DNA of 64,000 bases from a virus (Duplodnaviria; Caudoviricetes), in the IMG/VR virus record IMGVR_UViG_3300014968_000001, positions 8,496-72,495 of that record, one strand, 5' to 3'. The notes under the pieces were generated by a model. That model searched no databases, was not told the origin of the DNA, and saw only the letters and a program-made list of their open reading frames with translations. This document shows, piece by piece, positions 56,123 to 64,000 of the stretch; within the stretch, counting starts at the first letter, position 1; each line of letters starts with the position of its first letter. The position numbers and the translations under genes are program-made.

Positions 56123-56497
56123 ATGAATCGCTTCTCAAAGGTCGCAATCGTTCTCGTGGTTATTTCCCTGGTTTGCCTGGCGGTTCATGGGCAGACCAAT
56201 ACGAATGCCCCGACCGGCCATACGAATACCACCACGATTCAAACGACTGAGATTGTGACGGGCGATCCCATGGTTGACCAGACAGCGAACCAGTTTTCAA
56301 AGATGTTCCCACAGTATGCGTCCTACATCACCCTGGCAGCGTTGCTGATTGGGATTTTGGGGCGCGTTTATCACGCGTACCAGCTTGGCGTTGGTCCGAC
56401 AGGCGCTATTGCCGGACTGGTCAAAGGAGACGCGCAAGCCAAAGAATCTGTTGCTCAATCGCCCGATAACAAATCACCAAAACCGAATACCCCATGA
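56123..56497 (+). CDS. Signal peptide plus TM protein (holin-like)
   Basis: MNRFSKVAIVLVVISLVCLAVHG leader; ITLAALLIGILGR TM; GGI-like GAIAGL. Confidence 0.5.
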   Translation: MNRFSKVAIVLVVISLVCLAVHGQTNTNAPTGHTNTTTIQTTEIVTGDPMVDQTANQFSKMFPQYASYITLAALLIGILGRVYHAYQLGVGPTGAIAGLVKGDAQAKESVAQSPDNKSPKPNTP

Positions 56498-56847
56498 AAA
56501 ATTCAACCTTTGCTCGTTACTTTGCGCCTGTGATGGTGGCAATCTGCCTCGCCCTTGTCATTGTGGCGTGCACATCCACTCAGCAAGGAGTTGTGCTCAA
56601 TTCGCTTTCAACATTGGAACAGACCGCGACGGCCACTTATGACGGCTATTTGGCGCTCGTGGTAAAAGGGACGGTCCCGACCAATGACGTTCCAAAGGTT
56701 AGCAAATTGTTCAATACCTTTCAGTCTGACATGGTGTTGGCGGTTGTGGCGGTACAGGGAAATACCAATGCCGTTGCCCCGCAGAACGTGATTGACGATT
56801 CCACGGCTCTGATAAACCAAATCACCACTTCCAAAGGAGGAAAATAA
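56494..56847 (+). CDS. Lipoprotein (possible spanin-type)
   Basis: Lipobox LVIVAC after a hydrophobic leader. Confidence 0.65.
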   Translation: MKNSTFARYFAPVMVAICLALVIVACTSTQQGVVLNSLSTLEQTATATYDGYLALVVKGTVPTNDVPKVSKLFNTFQSDMVLAVVAVQGNTNAVAPQNVIDDSTALINQITTSKGGK

Positions 56848-56848
56848 T

Positions 56849-57076
56849 ATGGGATGGCCTGAAATCATATCCATCATCGCGCAGTATGGAGTTCCCCTCG
56901 CCGAATCACTCTTTCAAAAGTGGTCGTCTGGCACTCCACCAACTGCCGCAGACTTTGCCGCACTCACGGCCTTAGCCAACCAGAAAGCATCCGACCAGAT
57001 GTTGAAGGTGCTGGCCGCGCAAGGCATCGACCCTAAAAGTCCTCAAGGCTTGGCCCTGCTCGCGCTAGTGTCGTAG
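56849..57076 (+). CDS. Small amphipathic protein
   Basis: 75 aa in the lysis-like cluster. Confidence 0.55.
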   Translation: MGWPEIISIIAQYGVPLAESLFQKWSSGTPPTAADFAALTALANQKASDQMLKVLAAQGIDPKSPQGLALLALVS

Positions 57077-57078
57077 GT

Positions 57079-57291
57079 ATGCCCGAAACCTATCCCAACA
57101 TCACTTGGGAGGTTGAGTCCGCGAAACCGTTCTCCGGTAGCGACTATCAGAAAGGTTCATACGACACGCTCCTTTCGTTCAAGTCCGAGTTGGACTTGCG
57201 TAAAGCCGTGTTACCGCCGGTTCATTACAATCAGATGGTGCAATGGCTGGCGAGTTGCCTGTATTCGTGCAACATGAACAATTTTAAATGA
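57079..57291 (+). CDS. Small hypothetical protein
   Basis: 70-aa ORF in operon. Confidence 0.5.
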   Translation: MPETYPNITWEVESAKPFSGSDYQKGSYDTLLSFKSELDLRKAVLPPVHYNQMVQWLASCLYSCNMNNFK

Positions 57292-57806
57292 AAACCGCCC
57301 TGCCATCGCCGCTCTCACTAATCATCGCCGGCGCAATCGCGCTATTTGCTTGCCTGTCGGTTAGGGGGGCAAGTATTGACCCGACCAAGGTCACGCCCGC
57401 CCCGCCACTGCCCGTCAAGACCAACGCTCCCACCATTATCACTTACGCCAGGGTTGGACTCGGCGAGGGTCGAATGAGGGTATTGAAACCGGACCGGACA
57501 CCCGTTGTCATTGGACAGCCTTTTAATTCAACTCCGCCCACCGCCCCAAGCCCCGCCGTTGCGTCACAAGCTGCGCTGGCCCCTGCCGCCGTGCAACCCA
57601 CCCCCAATGCGTGGCAACTCACTTGGACGCCCAAGACGAACGAGGTTTACGGTATATTCTCGGCGGCAGTTCTTGCCGTTCCTACCCACTGGGAAGAAGT
57701 GGGGATCACCACGACGAATAGCGGCAGTGTGACCATCGGCATGAAGCGGACGAGCGGATTGCCAGTCACGAATATGTTTTTCAAGGTTTTAGCTCTCTCG
57801 CAATAA
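57288..57806 (+). CDS. Secreted protein: signal peptide, Pro-rich linker, small C-terminal beta domain
   Basis: LIIAGAIALFACLSVRGA leader; LTW...Y.I.S..L....W......FFKV terminus. Confidence 0.6.
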   Translation: MKTALPSPLSLIIAGAIALFACLSVRGASIDPTKVTPAPPLPVKTNAPTIITYARVGLGEGRMRVLKPDRTPVVIGQPFNSTPPTAPSPAVASQAALAPAAVQPTPNAWQLTWTPKTNEVYGIFSAAVLAVPTHWEEVGITTTNSGSVTIGMKRTSGLPVTNMFFKVLALSQ

Positions 57807-58120
57807 TGGACCTGCCCATTCCCGATACTCTTGAAACTCTGGTGAGCTACAAACATCAGATGGCGCGGATGGCGCACAGAATGAGGATGATTGAGGGGAT
57901 GGCGTGCGTAATTCCCAAGTCTGAATTGCCTCCTTCAAACGTAGTCCCATTTCCGGTGACAAAGGACGGAATAATCAAGCGGCATCGAAAGCGGAAGGTA
58001 ACGCTTACAAACTCTCAGGTGCATTCACTGCTCGCTGAACATGACTCACGCTATCAGGCTGGAAAAGCATCCGGCATGACCTCAAGCGCGTTTTATCGGC
58101 GGGTTAGGGCGTTGGGTTGA
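57806..58120 (+). CDS. Hypothetical protein, possible HTH
   Basis: C-terminal AGKASGMTSSAFYRRV. Confidence 0.55.
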   Translation: MDLPIPDTLETLVSYKHQMARMAHRMRMIEGMACVIPKSELPPSNVVPFPVTKDGIIKRHRKRKVTLTNSQVHSLLAEHDSRYQAGKASGMTSSAFYRRVRALG

Positions 58121-58125
58121 ACGTC

Positions 58126-58320
58126 TCACGTTTCGACCTCTTTTAGCCTTCGGCTATCTTCAAAACGTCTCAGCGACACCCCTCCGTTGAACCTGGCGGT
58201 GTATAGCGATCCTGCCCGGGTGCGGAGAAGGAAAGAGCGGCTGCGCGGGTCGTGCCACCACACGCAACCGCCGCGACCGAGCGCAACGGAGATTTGCCAC
58301 AGGCTTATTTTGCGCCACAT
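58126..58320 (-). CDS. Small basic hypothetical protein
   Basis: End of the leftward early operon. Confidence 0.4.
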   Translation of the reverse strand: MWRKISLWQISVALGRGGCVWWHDPRSRSFLLRTRAGSLYTARFNGGVSLRRFEDSRRLKEVET

Positions 58321-58619
58321 TTTATTTCCTTCCACTTTGCGGCCCATGCCGCGTCTGTCGGTTCGTTCAAAAATCCTATGGCCGTGAACATTTTTAACTG
58401 TAAGTCACGCGCTCCCCTGCACGCCATCGGTGGTTTTCCGGTTCTTCGATTGATGGCATTATTGCTGCCAGTAGAGTGACAAATTCGCGTGGCCTCAGTC
58501 ATTGCAGACTTCTCCAAATCATCTTGCAAATACGCATAAGGGCTTCCGTGTCGAAACGGGCAGGTTTTGCACATGACCGCGCAAACCGGTATTTCGGAAG
58601 TGTTTCGGACTTTGGGCAT
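58305..58619 (-). CDS. DUF6283-like Cys-rich protein
   Basis: CKTCPF...ICH...ACRG. Confidence 0.6.
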   Translation of the reverse strand: MPKVRNTSEIPVCAVMCKTCPFRHGSPYAYLQDDLEKSAMTEATRICHSTGSNNAINRRTGKPPMACRGARDLQLKMFTAIGFLNEPTDAAWAAKWKEIKCGAK

Positions 58620-58621
58620 GG

Positions 58622-58801
58622 TTACGCCCTTGCTGTCTCCCACTGCCTCAACGCTGCCCGTTCCCGCCCCTGATTCGCGTGGCGGATCGCAATCTCCACC
58701 TCGTCTTGGGGATGGAACGATACGGGCAACAGTTTCATGGCGGCTATTCGCCGCTCAAGTTTAGACAGGATTTCGCGGCGTTTTTGGTGATCAGTGGCCA
58801 T
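58622..58801 (-). CDS. 59-aa hypothetical protein (not in ORF track)
   Basis: MATDHQKRREILSKLERRIAAMK...; fills the gap between neighbours. Confidence 0.55.
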   Translation of the reverse strand: MATDHQKRREILSKLERRIAAMKLLPVSFHPQDEVEIAIRHANQGRERAALRQWETARA

Positions 58802-59267
58802 AAAACATTACCCCCAATTCTTCGGGATCGCCCACCATTGATTCCAGCAGGGCGATTGCCCATGTTGCGCGGCGATATGGCGCAGACTTATCCTCCGACG
58901 CCTTTAGTGCTTTAAGAGCGTCTTTTATTGGAACGGGGAACATCTGCGCACCGTAACAGTCCTCCGTAATGCGAGTGTTTCCATCCGTGCCGTAGAAGTA
59001 AATGACTTCCTTCTTCGCTCTCTTTTCGTCGTGGGACTTTGTCACCAAATCATTGAACGCATCTTTTTGGTATCCCCACTTGCAAAGGTCAATCTCGGCA
59101 TAAATCTGAAACCATGCTTCGGCGCGACCAGTCTCTACGTAATTGCCTTTTCCGTCTCGCTTGTAAGGAAATCCGCTCCCGTCTGAGAATGGTTTCTCCT
59201 TGTTCAATACAAGCTCTTTTCCATTTAGGCATTGCTTGCCGACCAACATTTTTATTTCGTATCCCAT
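58791..59267 (-). CDS. Hypothetical protein
   Basis: 158-aa ORF in operon. Confidence 0.7.
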   Translation of the reverse strand: MGYEIKMLVGKQCLNGKELVLNKEKPFSDGSGFPYKRDGKGNYVETGRAEAWFQIYAEIDLCKWGYQKDAFNDLVTKSHDEKRAKKEVIYFYGTDGNTRITEDCYGAQMFPVPIKDALKALKASEDKSAPYRRATWAIALLESMVGDPEELGVMFYGH

Positions 59268-59272
59268 AAGTT

Positions 59273-59950
59273 TTATGCAGCTAATTGTTTCGGGGTTAAT
59301 TGTTCCGCCAGTTCTCCGGCGATTTGACTGATGTTGACACTAAAACGCAATTGCTTTCCAAATGGCAAAGCCACTGCGTACGGATGGATGTTCAGGGCGT
59401 CCGGCCCTTTCAATGCCAGCCGTTTCTTGCTCCGGCCTCTTTCAGCCTTCGCAACCTGGCGACTGGGCAACATTTCTCCCGGCGGTTTCGATTCTCCGGT
59501 CAAGCCGTCATACAGCCCGCGGGCGAACAATCCGCCGTCTTTCGGGCAACGTTCGCAAAATTGGCGGGTGAGGGTGCGGAAGCCTTCGGCCAGGTGCAGG
59601 GCAACATGGGCCAGTCGATCCGCGTCGGCGGCAGATACCTGGGCGCATAGGTCCGCCCCTCGAAATGAGCACATGACGCGGGCGCCGTGCTCGATGCTCC
59701 ATTTGACGAAGGCAGCAAGTCCCATCTCGCCAGTGTCAAAACGGCACAGGCAACGGGCCACACTGCCCGGGCGGAATCCGCCGGCGAACAGGTCGTTTTT
59801 CTCGCCTTCATCGGGCATGGCAAAGTCGTACGCTGCTTTTAGCTTTTTCAGCCTTGCGATTGCCTGGGTTTTCTCGCCGCCGATGCCTCTTTCAGCAAGG
59901 GCAGCGAGTTTTAAGAGTAGGGCGCGCGCTTTGGGTGTAGGAGTCTTCAT
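59273..59950 (-). CDS. DUF2786-like N-terminal domain protein
   Basis: LLKLAALAERG.GGEK..A...L..L..Y. Confidence 0.6.
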   Translation of the reverse strand: MKTPTPKARALLLKLAALAERGIGGEKTQAIARLKKLKAAYDFAMPDEGEKNDLFAGGFRPGSVARCLCRFDTGEMGLAAFVKWSIEHGARVMCSFRGADLCAQVSAADADRLAHVALHLAEGFRTLTRQFCERCPKDGGLFARGLYDGLTGESKPPGEMLPSRQVAKAERGRSKKRLALKGPDALNIHPYAVALPFGKQLRFSVNISQIAGELAEQLTPKQLAA

Positions 59951-60255
59951 GCTGCGCGCCTTTCCTGCATCGCCTTGTATTCCACCCATAACCGGATCAG
60001 GGGTTTGTGGGCGCAATTCCACCAGCCTCGTTCATGGTGAAACTGTACGAGCCTCCTGTGAGTTTGTCCGCCGTGCTGCATCTCGTCAAAGTTGCGCCCG
60101 TTCATGCCGTGCCGCTCGTCTCCGATATGCGGAAAGCGCAAGTCGTACACCTGGGTTAAAAGCCACTGATACCGGGCGCCAGCGGCGAAACAGAGCGGGC
60201 CTAATGCGCCAAGTCTGGCCATTTGGTAACAGGCTTTGAAGGTGGATTTTTGCAT
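59947..60255 (-). CDS. Hypothetical protein
   Basis: 102-aa coupled ORF. Confidence 0.6.
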   Translation of the reverse strand: MQKSTFKACYQMARLGALGPLCFAAGARYQWLLTQVYDLRFPHIGDERHGMNGRNFDEMQHGGQTHRRLVQFHHERGWWNCAHKPLIRLWVEYKAMQERRAA

Positions 60256-60256
60256 T

Positions 60257-60490
60257 TTATTTGTCCTCCTTTGCGAATTGTTCCGCCTCGGCTTTAGTGC
60301 GGAATGTCCTGTTGTGATGGGATTGTGCCGGATTAGGCGATCCGTCCGACATCAGCGCCGGCCATTGAACCATGTAACGGTGGCTCGGCATGTATTCACT
60401 CGTTTCGGTTCGCTCGTTCAATTCCTGGCGCCGACTTCCGCCAGCGGGATGCTTCGCGGCCTCAAAGGTTCGGCGGATAACGGTTTTCAT
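60257..60490 (-). CDS. Hypothetical protein
   Basis: 77 aa, ..FRTKAEAEQFA. Confidence 0.55.
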   Translation of the reverse strand: MKTVIRRTFEAAKHPAGGSRRQELNERTETSEYMPSHRYMVQWPALMSDGSPNPAQSHHNRTFRTKAEAEQFAKEDK

Positions 60491-60687
60491 CGTGCGCCCT
60501 CCGTCTTGGGCTTGCCGATGATTTTAAATTCCCCTACATGGTTGCCGTTTGTGTCCCTTAAACGGCGCTCCGTCTCGCCCTGCCTCACTTTGTTAGCCAA
60601 GTCTTGCAGGATGTCTGCAAGCTCGGCGCCGTGGCTGCCGTCGGAAAATGCGGCGTTGTCCATCTGGATTTTTATTGTGGCGCGCAT
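60487..60687 (-). CDS. Conserved small phage early protein
   Basis: IKIQMDNAAF...ELADIL..LA...LRDTNGNHVG pattern. Confidence 0.65.
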   Translation of the reverse strand: MRATIKIQMDNAAFSDGSHGAELADILQDLANKVRQGETERRLRDTNGNHVGEFKIIGKPKTEGAR

Positions 60688-60691
60688 AAAT

Positions 60692-60934
60692 TTACTTTTG
60701 TTTTTTGATGGTGATTGTTGTTTTTGTCCAATTTTCCGGCCTCTCCATACCTTCTGGCAGTGGCTCAAGGCAATTCCAGGTGTTAGGGCGTTTCCACGGC
60801 GGGCAGTTCGGGCAGACATTCACCCTGCCCCATGAATACGTTTGGCCGTAATGATTCGTGGACTGTTCAACAACGTGCCCGCACTCGGCGCACGCGTACC
60901 GCTTGGAACTGATTTTGCCAATTGTTTCGCTCAT
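60692..60934 (-). CDS. Small Zn-ribbon protein
   Basis: CAECG...CPNC. Confidence 0.6.
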   Translation of the reverse strand: MSETIGKISSKRYACAECGHVVEQSTNHYGQTYSWGRVNVCPNCPPWKRPNTWNCLEPLPEGMERPENWTKTTITIKKQK

Positions 60935-60935
60935 A

Positions 60936-61364
60936 TTAATCCTCGCTGGTTAGGTCTGGCGCAATGATCCCGTATTGCGCCATATCGGTATGGAGCGCAG
61001 GCAAACGCGAAGCGTACTGCTGGTTTTGCCACTCAGGAAACCAACATCCCGGCTCATTGTCCAATTTAAGGGCGTATCCGCGCGGGTCGCGATTTACGAA
61101 AAGGCCGTGTGCCTTTATTCCGTTAGCATCCAACCCGAAAAGATTACCGGTGCGAATAAGAGCGAGCTGGCAAGCGTGGTCTAATTGGTCCTGAGTGACT
61201 CGGCCCGGCTCACACGAATAATCCATTATCACTTTTGAAATGGATGTTTCAATCCGTCGCAATTTCTTGCAGAGCGCAACTGGGTTTTTCTCTGTGCAGT
61301 TCGGGAAAGCCTTCAAAAGACTTTCGCCGTGCCGCGTGATTGCTTCTAATGTCTTTGCATTCAT
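60936..61364 (-). CDS. Hypothetical early protein
   Basis: N.DPRGYALK motif; AC-rich leader. Confidence 0.65.
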   Translation of the reverse strand: MNAKTLEAITRHGESLLKAFPNCTEKNPVALCKKLRRIETSISKVIMDYSCEPGRVTQDQLDHACQLALIRTGNLFGLDANGIKAHGLFVNRDPRGYALKLDNEPGCWFPEWQNQQYASRLPALHTDMAQYGIIAPDLTSED

Positions 61365-61396
61365 GTTGTTTTTTTGTTGTTGGTTTGGGGTTAAAT

Positions 61397-62005
61397 TCAA
61401 GCTGTCACCATCTCCGGCGTATATTTCAGGGTCCAAAGTTGCGCGGTGCCGGCCTGGTTTCGCCCGTCGTCCGTCAATGCTCCGTTAGCCTTTAACCAGC
61501 CCGCCGCAATACATTCCGCTTTCGCCTGTTCCCACTGATCCCGCGGCAACCCGCAATCATCTTCCGCCATTTGTTGCCGGTTCCTGCCGTTATACGATGA
61601 TTTGCGTTCCCGCGTGCACACCAAAACAATCCGCTGCGCAAGGGTGAGGACCGACGACACCGGCAACGCTAACCGGTTCATGTTATCCGGGGTGACTAAT
61701 ACCGTGATGCCGGCGTCCTTTCCCATCGTGATTGAGTGCCGCACTACCGCGCAATTCATCGGTAATTGCTCAATAGTCAGTATCTTCCCACCATTGGAAA
61801 ACGGAGTGCCGTTCTCGGGGATGGCAACGGTTTTAAGCGTCGCAAGGTCAATCAATACGAAATAGTCCCGGCTTCCTCCGTCCCAGTAGGAATCTAACCG
61901 GATTTGGCCCTCGATGGTATCTACTCCGTACTTCTGGCCGGCATAATTAGGAAATGCCGCACGCGCGATTTTCAAAACTTCAGGTGCTTTTGTGTATATT
62001 TTCAT
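61397..62005 (-). CDS. Hypothetical early protein
   Basis: 202 aa, SYWDGGSRDYF; AC-rich leader. Confidence 0.7.
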   Translation of the reverse strand: MKIYTKAPEVLKIARAAFPNYAGQKYGVDTIEGQIRLDSYWDGGSRDYFVLIDLATLKTVAIPENGTPFSNGGKILTIEQLPMNCAVVRHSITMGKDAGITVLVTPDNMNRLALPVSSVLTLAQRIVLVCTRERKSSYNGRNRQQMAEDDCGLPRDQWEQAKAECIAAGWLKANGALTDDGRNQAGTAQLWTLKYTPEMVTA

Positions 62006-62071
62006 GTTGTTTTATTTTTGGTGGTTTCAAATTCAGGCAGGGCGCCAAACAAGCCGCCCCGCCCTTTTACG

Positions 62072-62578
62072 TCAGGCTACGACACCGGACGAAAGTTTCC
62101 ATTTCCAAGTTTCACACTTGCCCGGTGAGCCAAACCCATACGCCGCCAATAAGCAGTCCTTCGGATACGGGTCGGTTGCTCCTTTGAACATCAAACGACC
62201 ATTGAGAAATTGCACCCATGAACGCGGCAGGACGTAATTTGCGAACCAGTTGGAACCCACCGATGCCGGCACAAGAAAAAGAATTTTGGCACCCCGGCTC
62301 GACTCATCCGCGCACTTTTGCGCCCAGGGCGCAATGTTAGAGAATTCAGGATTGAGCCAAAGCAGACCGCCTATCTTGTGCCAGTCTTGCGCAAAGGAAT
62401 CCTGCGCTTTGGTGAAATACTTCGGCGTCACATGGTTGCCAGCGTGCGCAGCCAGGTCAAACGCCAGCGGTCCGAACCGCGCCACAACCGCCGCAATAAA
62501 ATCGTCCGGCGTCGCGTAGTCCTGCTTCGATGTGGCCCGGTTGAATGATGCGCCGGTTTTTTCTGTCGTAGTTTTCAT
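62072..62578 (-). CDS. Phage DNA N6-adenine methyltransferase (phage Dam family), NPEF variant
   Basis: QDYATP, FDLAA, YFTKAQDSFAQDW, LWLNPEFS, FLVPASVGSNWF, GRL.F. Confidence 0.8.
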   Translation of the reverse strand: MKTTTEKTGASFNRATSKQDYATPDDFIAAVVARFGPLAFDLAAHAGNHVTPKYFTKAQDSFAQDWHKIGGLLWLNPEFSNIAPWAQKCADESSRGAKILFLVPASVGSNWFANYVLPRSWVQFLNGRLMFKGATDPYPKDCLLAAYGFGSPGKCETWKWKLSSGVVA

Positions 62579-62649
62579 TTTGTCGTAGCCTTTTGTTTGC
62601 AACTGCTATCCGTTGCCGATGGTTCAAAGGTGACAGAGTTATGATAGGT

Positions 62650-62674
62650 TGTCAAAAGGTTTTTTTGGTTGACA
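62650..62674. promoter_or_regulatory. Back-to-back TTGACA elements at the second divergence point
   Basis: TGTCAA (62650-62655) and TTGACA (62669-62674) in an AT-rich intergenic gap. Confidence 0.45.
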
Positions 62675-62833
62675 TGGTGACTATGGGGAAGTGACTGCTA
62701 GCAAAGGGATTGCGGGAAGATTAATTTTTTGTCATGTTGAAAATGACAGTTCTGTAATTTATGTTAGTTCTGTATTGAGTGAAATGGTTGCTTTGTTGCC
62801 TTTCTCTCTCGTTAACGTTAACGTGATGTGGCT

Positions 62834-63232
62834 ATGCAATCCGACTCCGAGAAGCATTTAAGCTCGCTTTGGACAATCCACGCCATGAACCGACCAACCC
62901 AGTTGGAGGCGTTGAGCATGGTCAAACGGATGGTAAAGAAGCTTCCCCGGGACATTGTAGCCATGGCCCTCAACGTATCAAGCGCGCGCCTGGAAGCGTG
63001 GCGCCATGCTCGCCTGCTGCCTGGCAAATTCCAAGTCGTAACGATCTGGTGGGTTCACTCCGTCATGTTCCACCCTGAGAAGGTTTCGAGCTGGTCCCAC
63101 ATTCTGACCTGGGGCAGGTACGCGAAGCCCAACGAGGCGAGACAGGCGGTGCCGGCGGTGTTTACATTGAGGAAGGGGAAATTGAAGGTTCCTAAAGGTC
63201 GGAGAAGGCGGAAAGCGAAACAAAGTCCTTGA
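62834..63232 (+). CDS. Hypothetical basic protein, possible HTH
   Basis: DIVAMALNVSSARLEAWRH; Arg/Lys-rich tail. Confidence 0.5.
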   Translation: MQSDSEKHLSSLWTIHAMNRPTQLEALSMVKRMVKKLPRDIVAMALNVSSARLEAWRHARLLPGKFQVVTIWWVHSVMFHPEKVSSWSHILTWGRYAKPNEARQAVPAVFTLRKGKLKVPKGRRRRKAKQSP

Positions 63233-63542
63233 TTTCCTGGACGAAGGCGAACCACTCCCCGCGGCGCCGGACCCGATACCGGCGGAACATCGAGTGTATT
63301 TTTTTCTCGTCCCTGTCCATATTGTCGGTTTTCAGGATGCCAACGAGCTTAAGCGGAAACGGATTGCCGGTCTGTAGCTCGATAATCCGGCTCTTAACCA
63401 GCTTGCGCGTCTGGCCAATCTTAACAAATCCTTCGCACTGTATGAAGTAAATCCACCCACCGGCACCGGGTTGGTTCTCTCGGTTGGCGCTCCATCGCAG
63501 ACTATTTGAAAGGCGGTTTTGAATCATAAGCGGTTCACCCAA
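63192..63542 (-). CDS. T5orf172/MUG113-like GIY-YIG domain protein
   Basis: WIYFIQ..FVKIG.T...RIIELQTGNP...EKKIH..F...R...GEWF. Confidence 0.8.
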   Translation of the reverse strand: MGEPLMIQNRLSNSLRWSANRENQPGAGGWIYFIQCEGFVKIGQTRKLVKSRIIELQTGNPFPLKLVGILKTDNMDRDEKKIHSMFRRYRVRRRGEWFAFVQEIKDFVSLSAFSDL

Positions 63543-63857
63543 TTAGATATAACTGCTATTTCACGCACTCAATCATACACATTATACCCAATAGAATCAA
63601 GGTATTTCTACATATTGTGGTGTCATTGGCCTAATTTCCTCAAGTGTGACAGGTTTGGACACACTACAGGTTGTGGTTGACACCCTTTCCACCCGCGGCT
63701 CCAGGCAGGACCGCCGGCAGTCTCACCCTCCCTTTTGGCCGGGGCTGTCCTTCGCTCCAGGATGGCCGCCAGCGCTCGCGGCCTAGGTCTGGCCAACGAA
63801 CGCACGGAACGACAGTACCGAAGCGCCAAAGCGAAGCCAGGCAGCAGCAGACCGGCA

Positions 63858-63916
63858 GGGAATTCCCAATGCAGACGGGAGGGGATGGTTTTTGGGGGTG
63901 GGGGTGGGGCGTCTGC
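63858..63916. other. G-tract (potential G-quadruplex) inside a hairpin, next to a 10-bp palindrome
   Basis: GGGAATTCCC (63858-63867); GCAGACG/CGTCTGC stem around GGAGGGGATGGTTTTTGGGGGTGGGGGTGGGG. Confidence 0.5.
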
Positions 63917-64000
63917 CCGTCCAATATCTGGGTCTTCTAATTCTGACAGGAAATGGGTGAAAACTTTTAAAACGGATACTGGATCAATAGGACTCCCTGA

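Larger units (their letters stand above)
1..64000. mobile_element. Tailed dsDNA bacteriophage genome segment (podovirus-like); prophage versus free phage undetermined
   Basis: TerL, portal, scaffold, capsid, adaptor, nozzle and ejection-type genes; dense ATGA-coupled small ORFs; no host housekeeping genes or integrase seen. Confidence 0.95.

Noticed and set aside
62035-62070. GC hairpin followed by TTTT as terminator of the early operon
   Set aside because: The T-run is on the strand opposite to the local genes and the stem has a mismatch; at most an antisense terminator.
1-64000. Integrase, att sites, repressor-defined prophage boundaries, DNA polymerase/primase, diversity-generating retroelement
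   Set aside because: No tyrosine or serine recombinase, polymerase, primase or reverse-transcriptase motifs recognised; they may lie outside the window.

Overview
The whole window reads as a tailed dsDNA phage genome segment with podovirus-like (P22/T7-type) virion genes. No host genes, integrase, rRNA or CRISPR array are visible. Layout: a leftward recombination operon (SMC/Rad50-like ATPase cut by the window edge, probable SSAP, RecE-like exonuclease, HerA-like ATPase; 1-5.1 kb); rightward ejection/internal virion genes including a 2889-aa polyvalent-type protein (5.2-16.6 kb); a tRNA-like RNA with a 52-nt insert in place of the anticodon loop, followed by small genes; an inverted block of nozzle, ppGalNAc-T-like glycosyltransferase and TerL (20.3-24.9 kb); portal, scaffold, major capsid, adaptor and a vWA/P-domain adhesin (26-37.4 kb); a ~14 kb cluster with about 8 glycosyltransferase-like domains, 4 SAM methyltransferases and a PurD-like ATP-grasp enzyme (38.4-52.1 kb); a signal-peptide-bearing spike-like protein, a lone response regulator and membrane/lipoprotein genes (53-58 kb); and a leftward early operon ending in a Dam-family methylase. 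The host is tentatively Verrucomicrobiota (inference). The best candidate for a new system is phage-encoded virion O-glycosylation: soluble GTs and sugar methyltransferases, plus seven copies of a Ser/Thr/Ala-rich DUF5977-like module on capsid, adaptor and adhesin. All family assignments come from motif recognition by eye; no searches were run.
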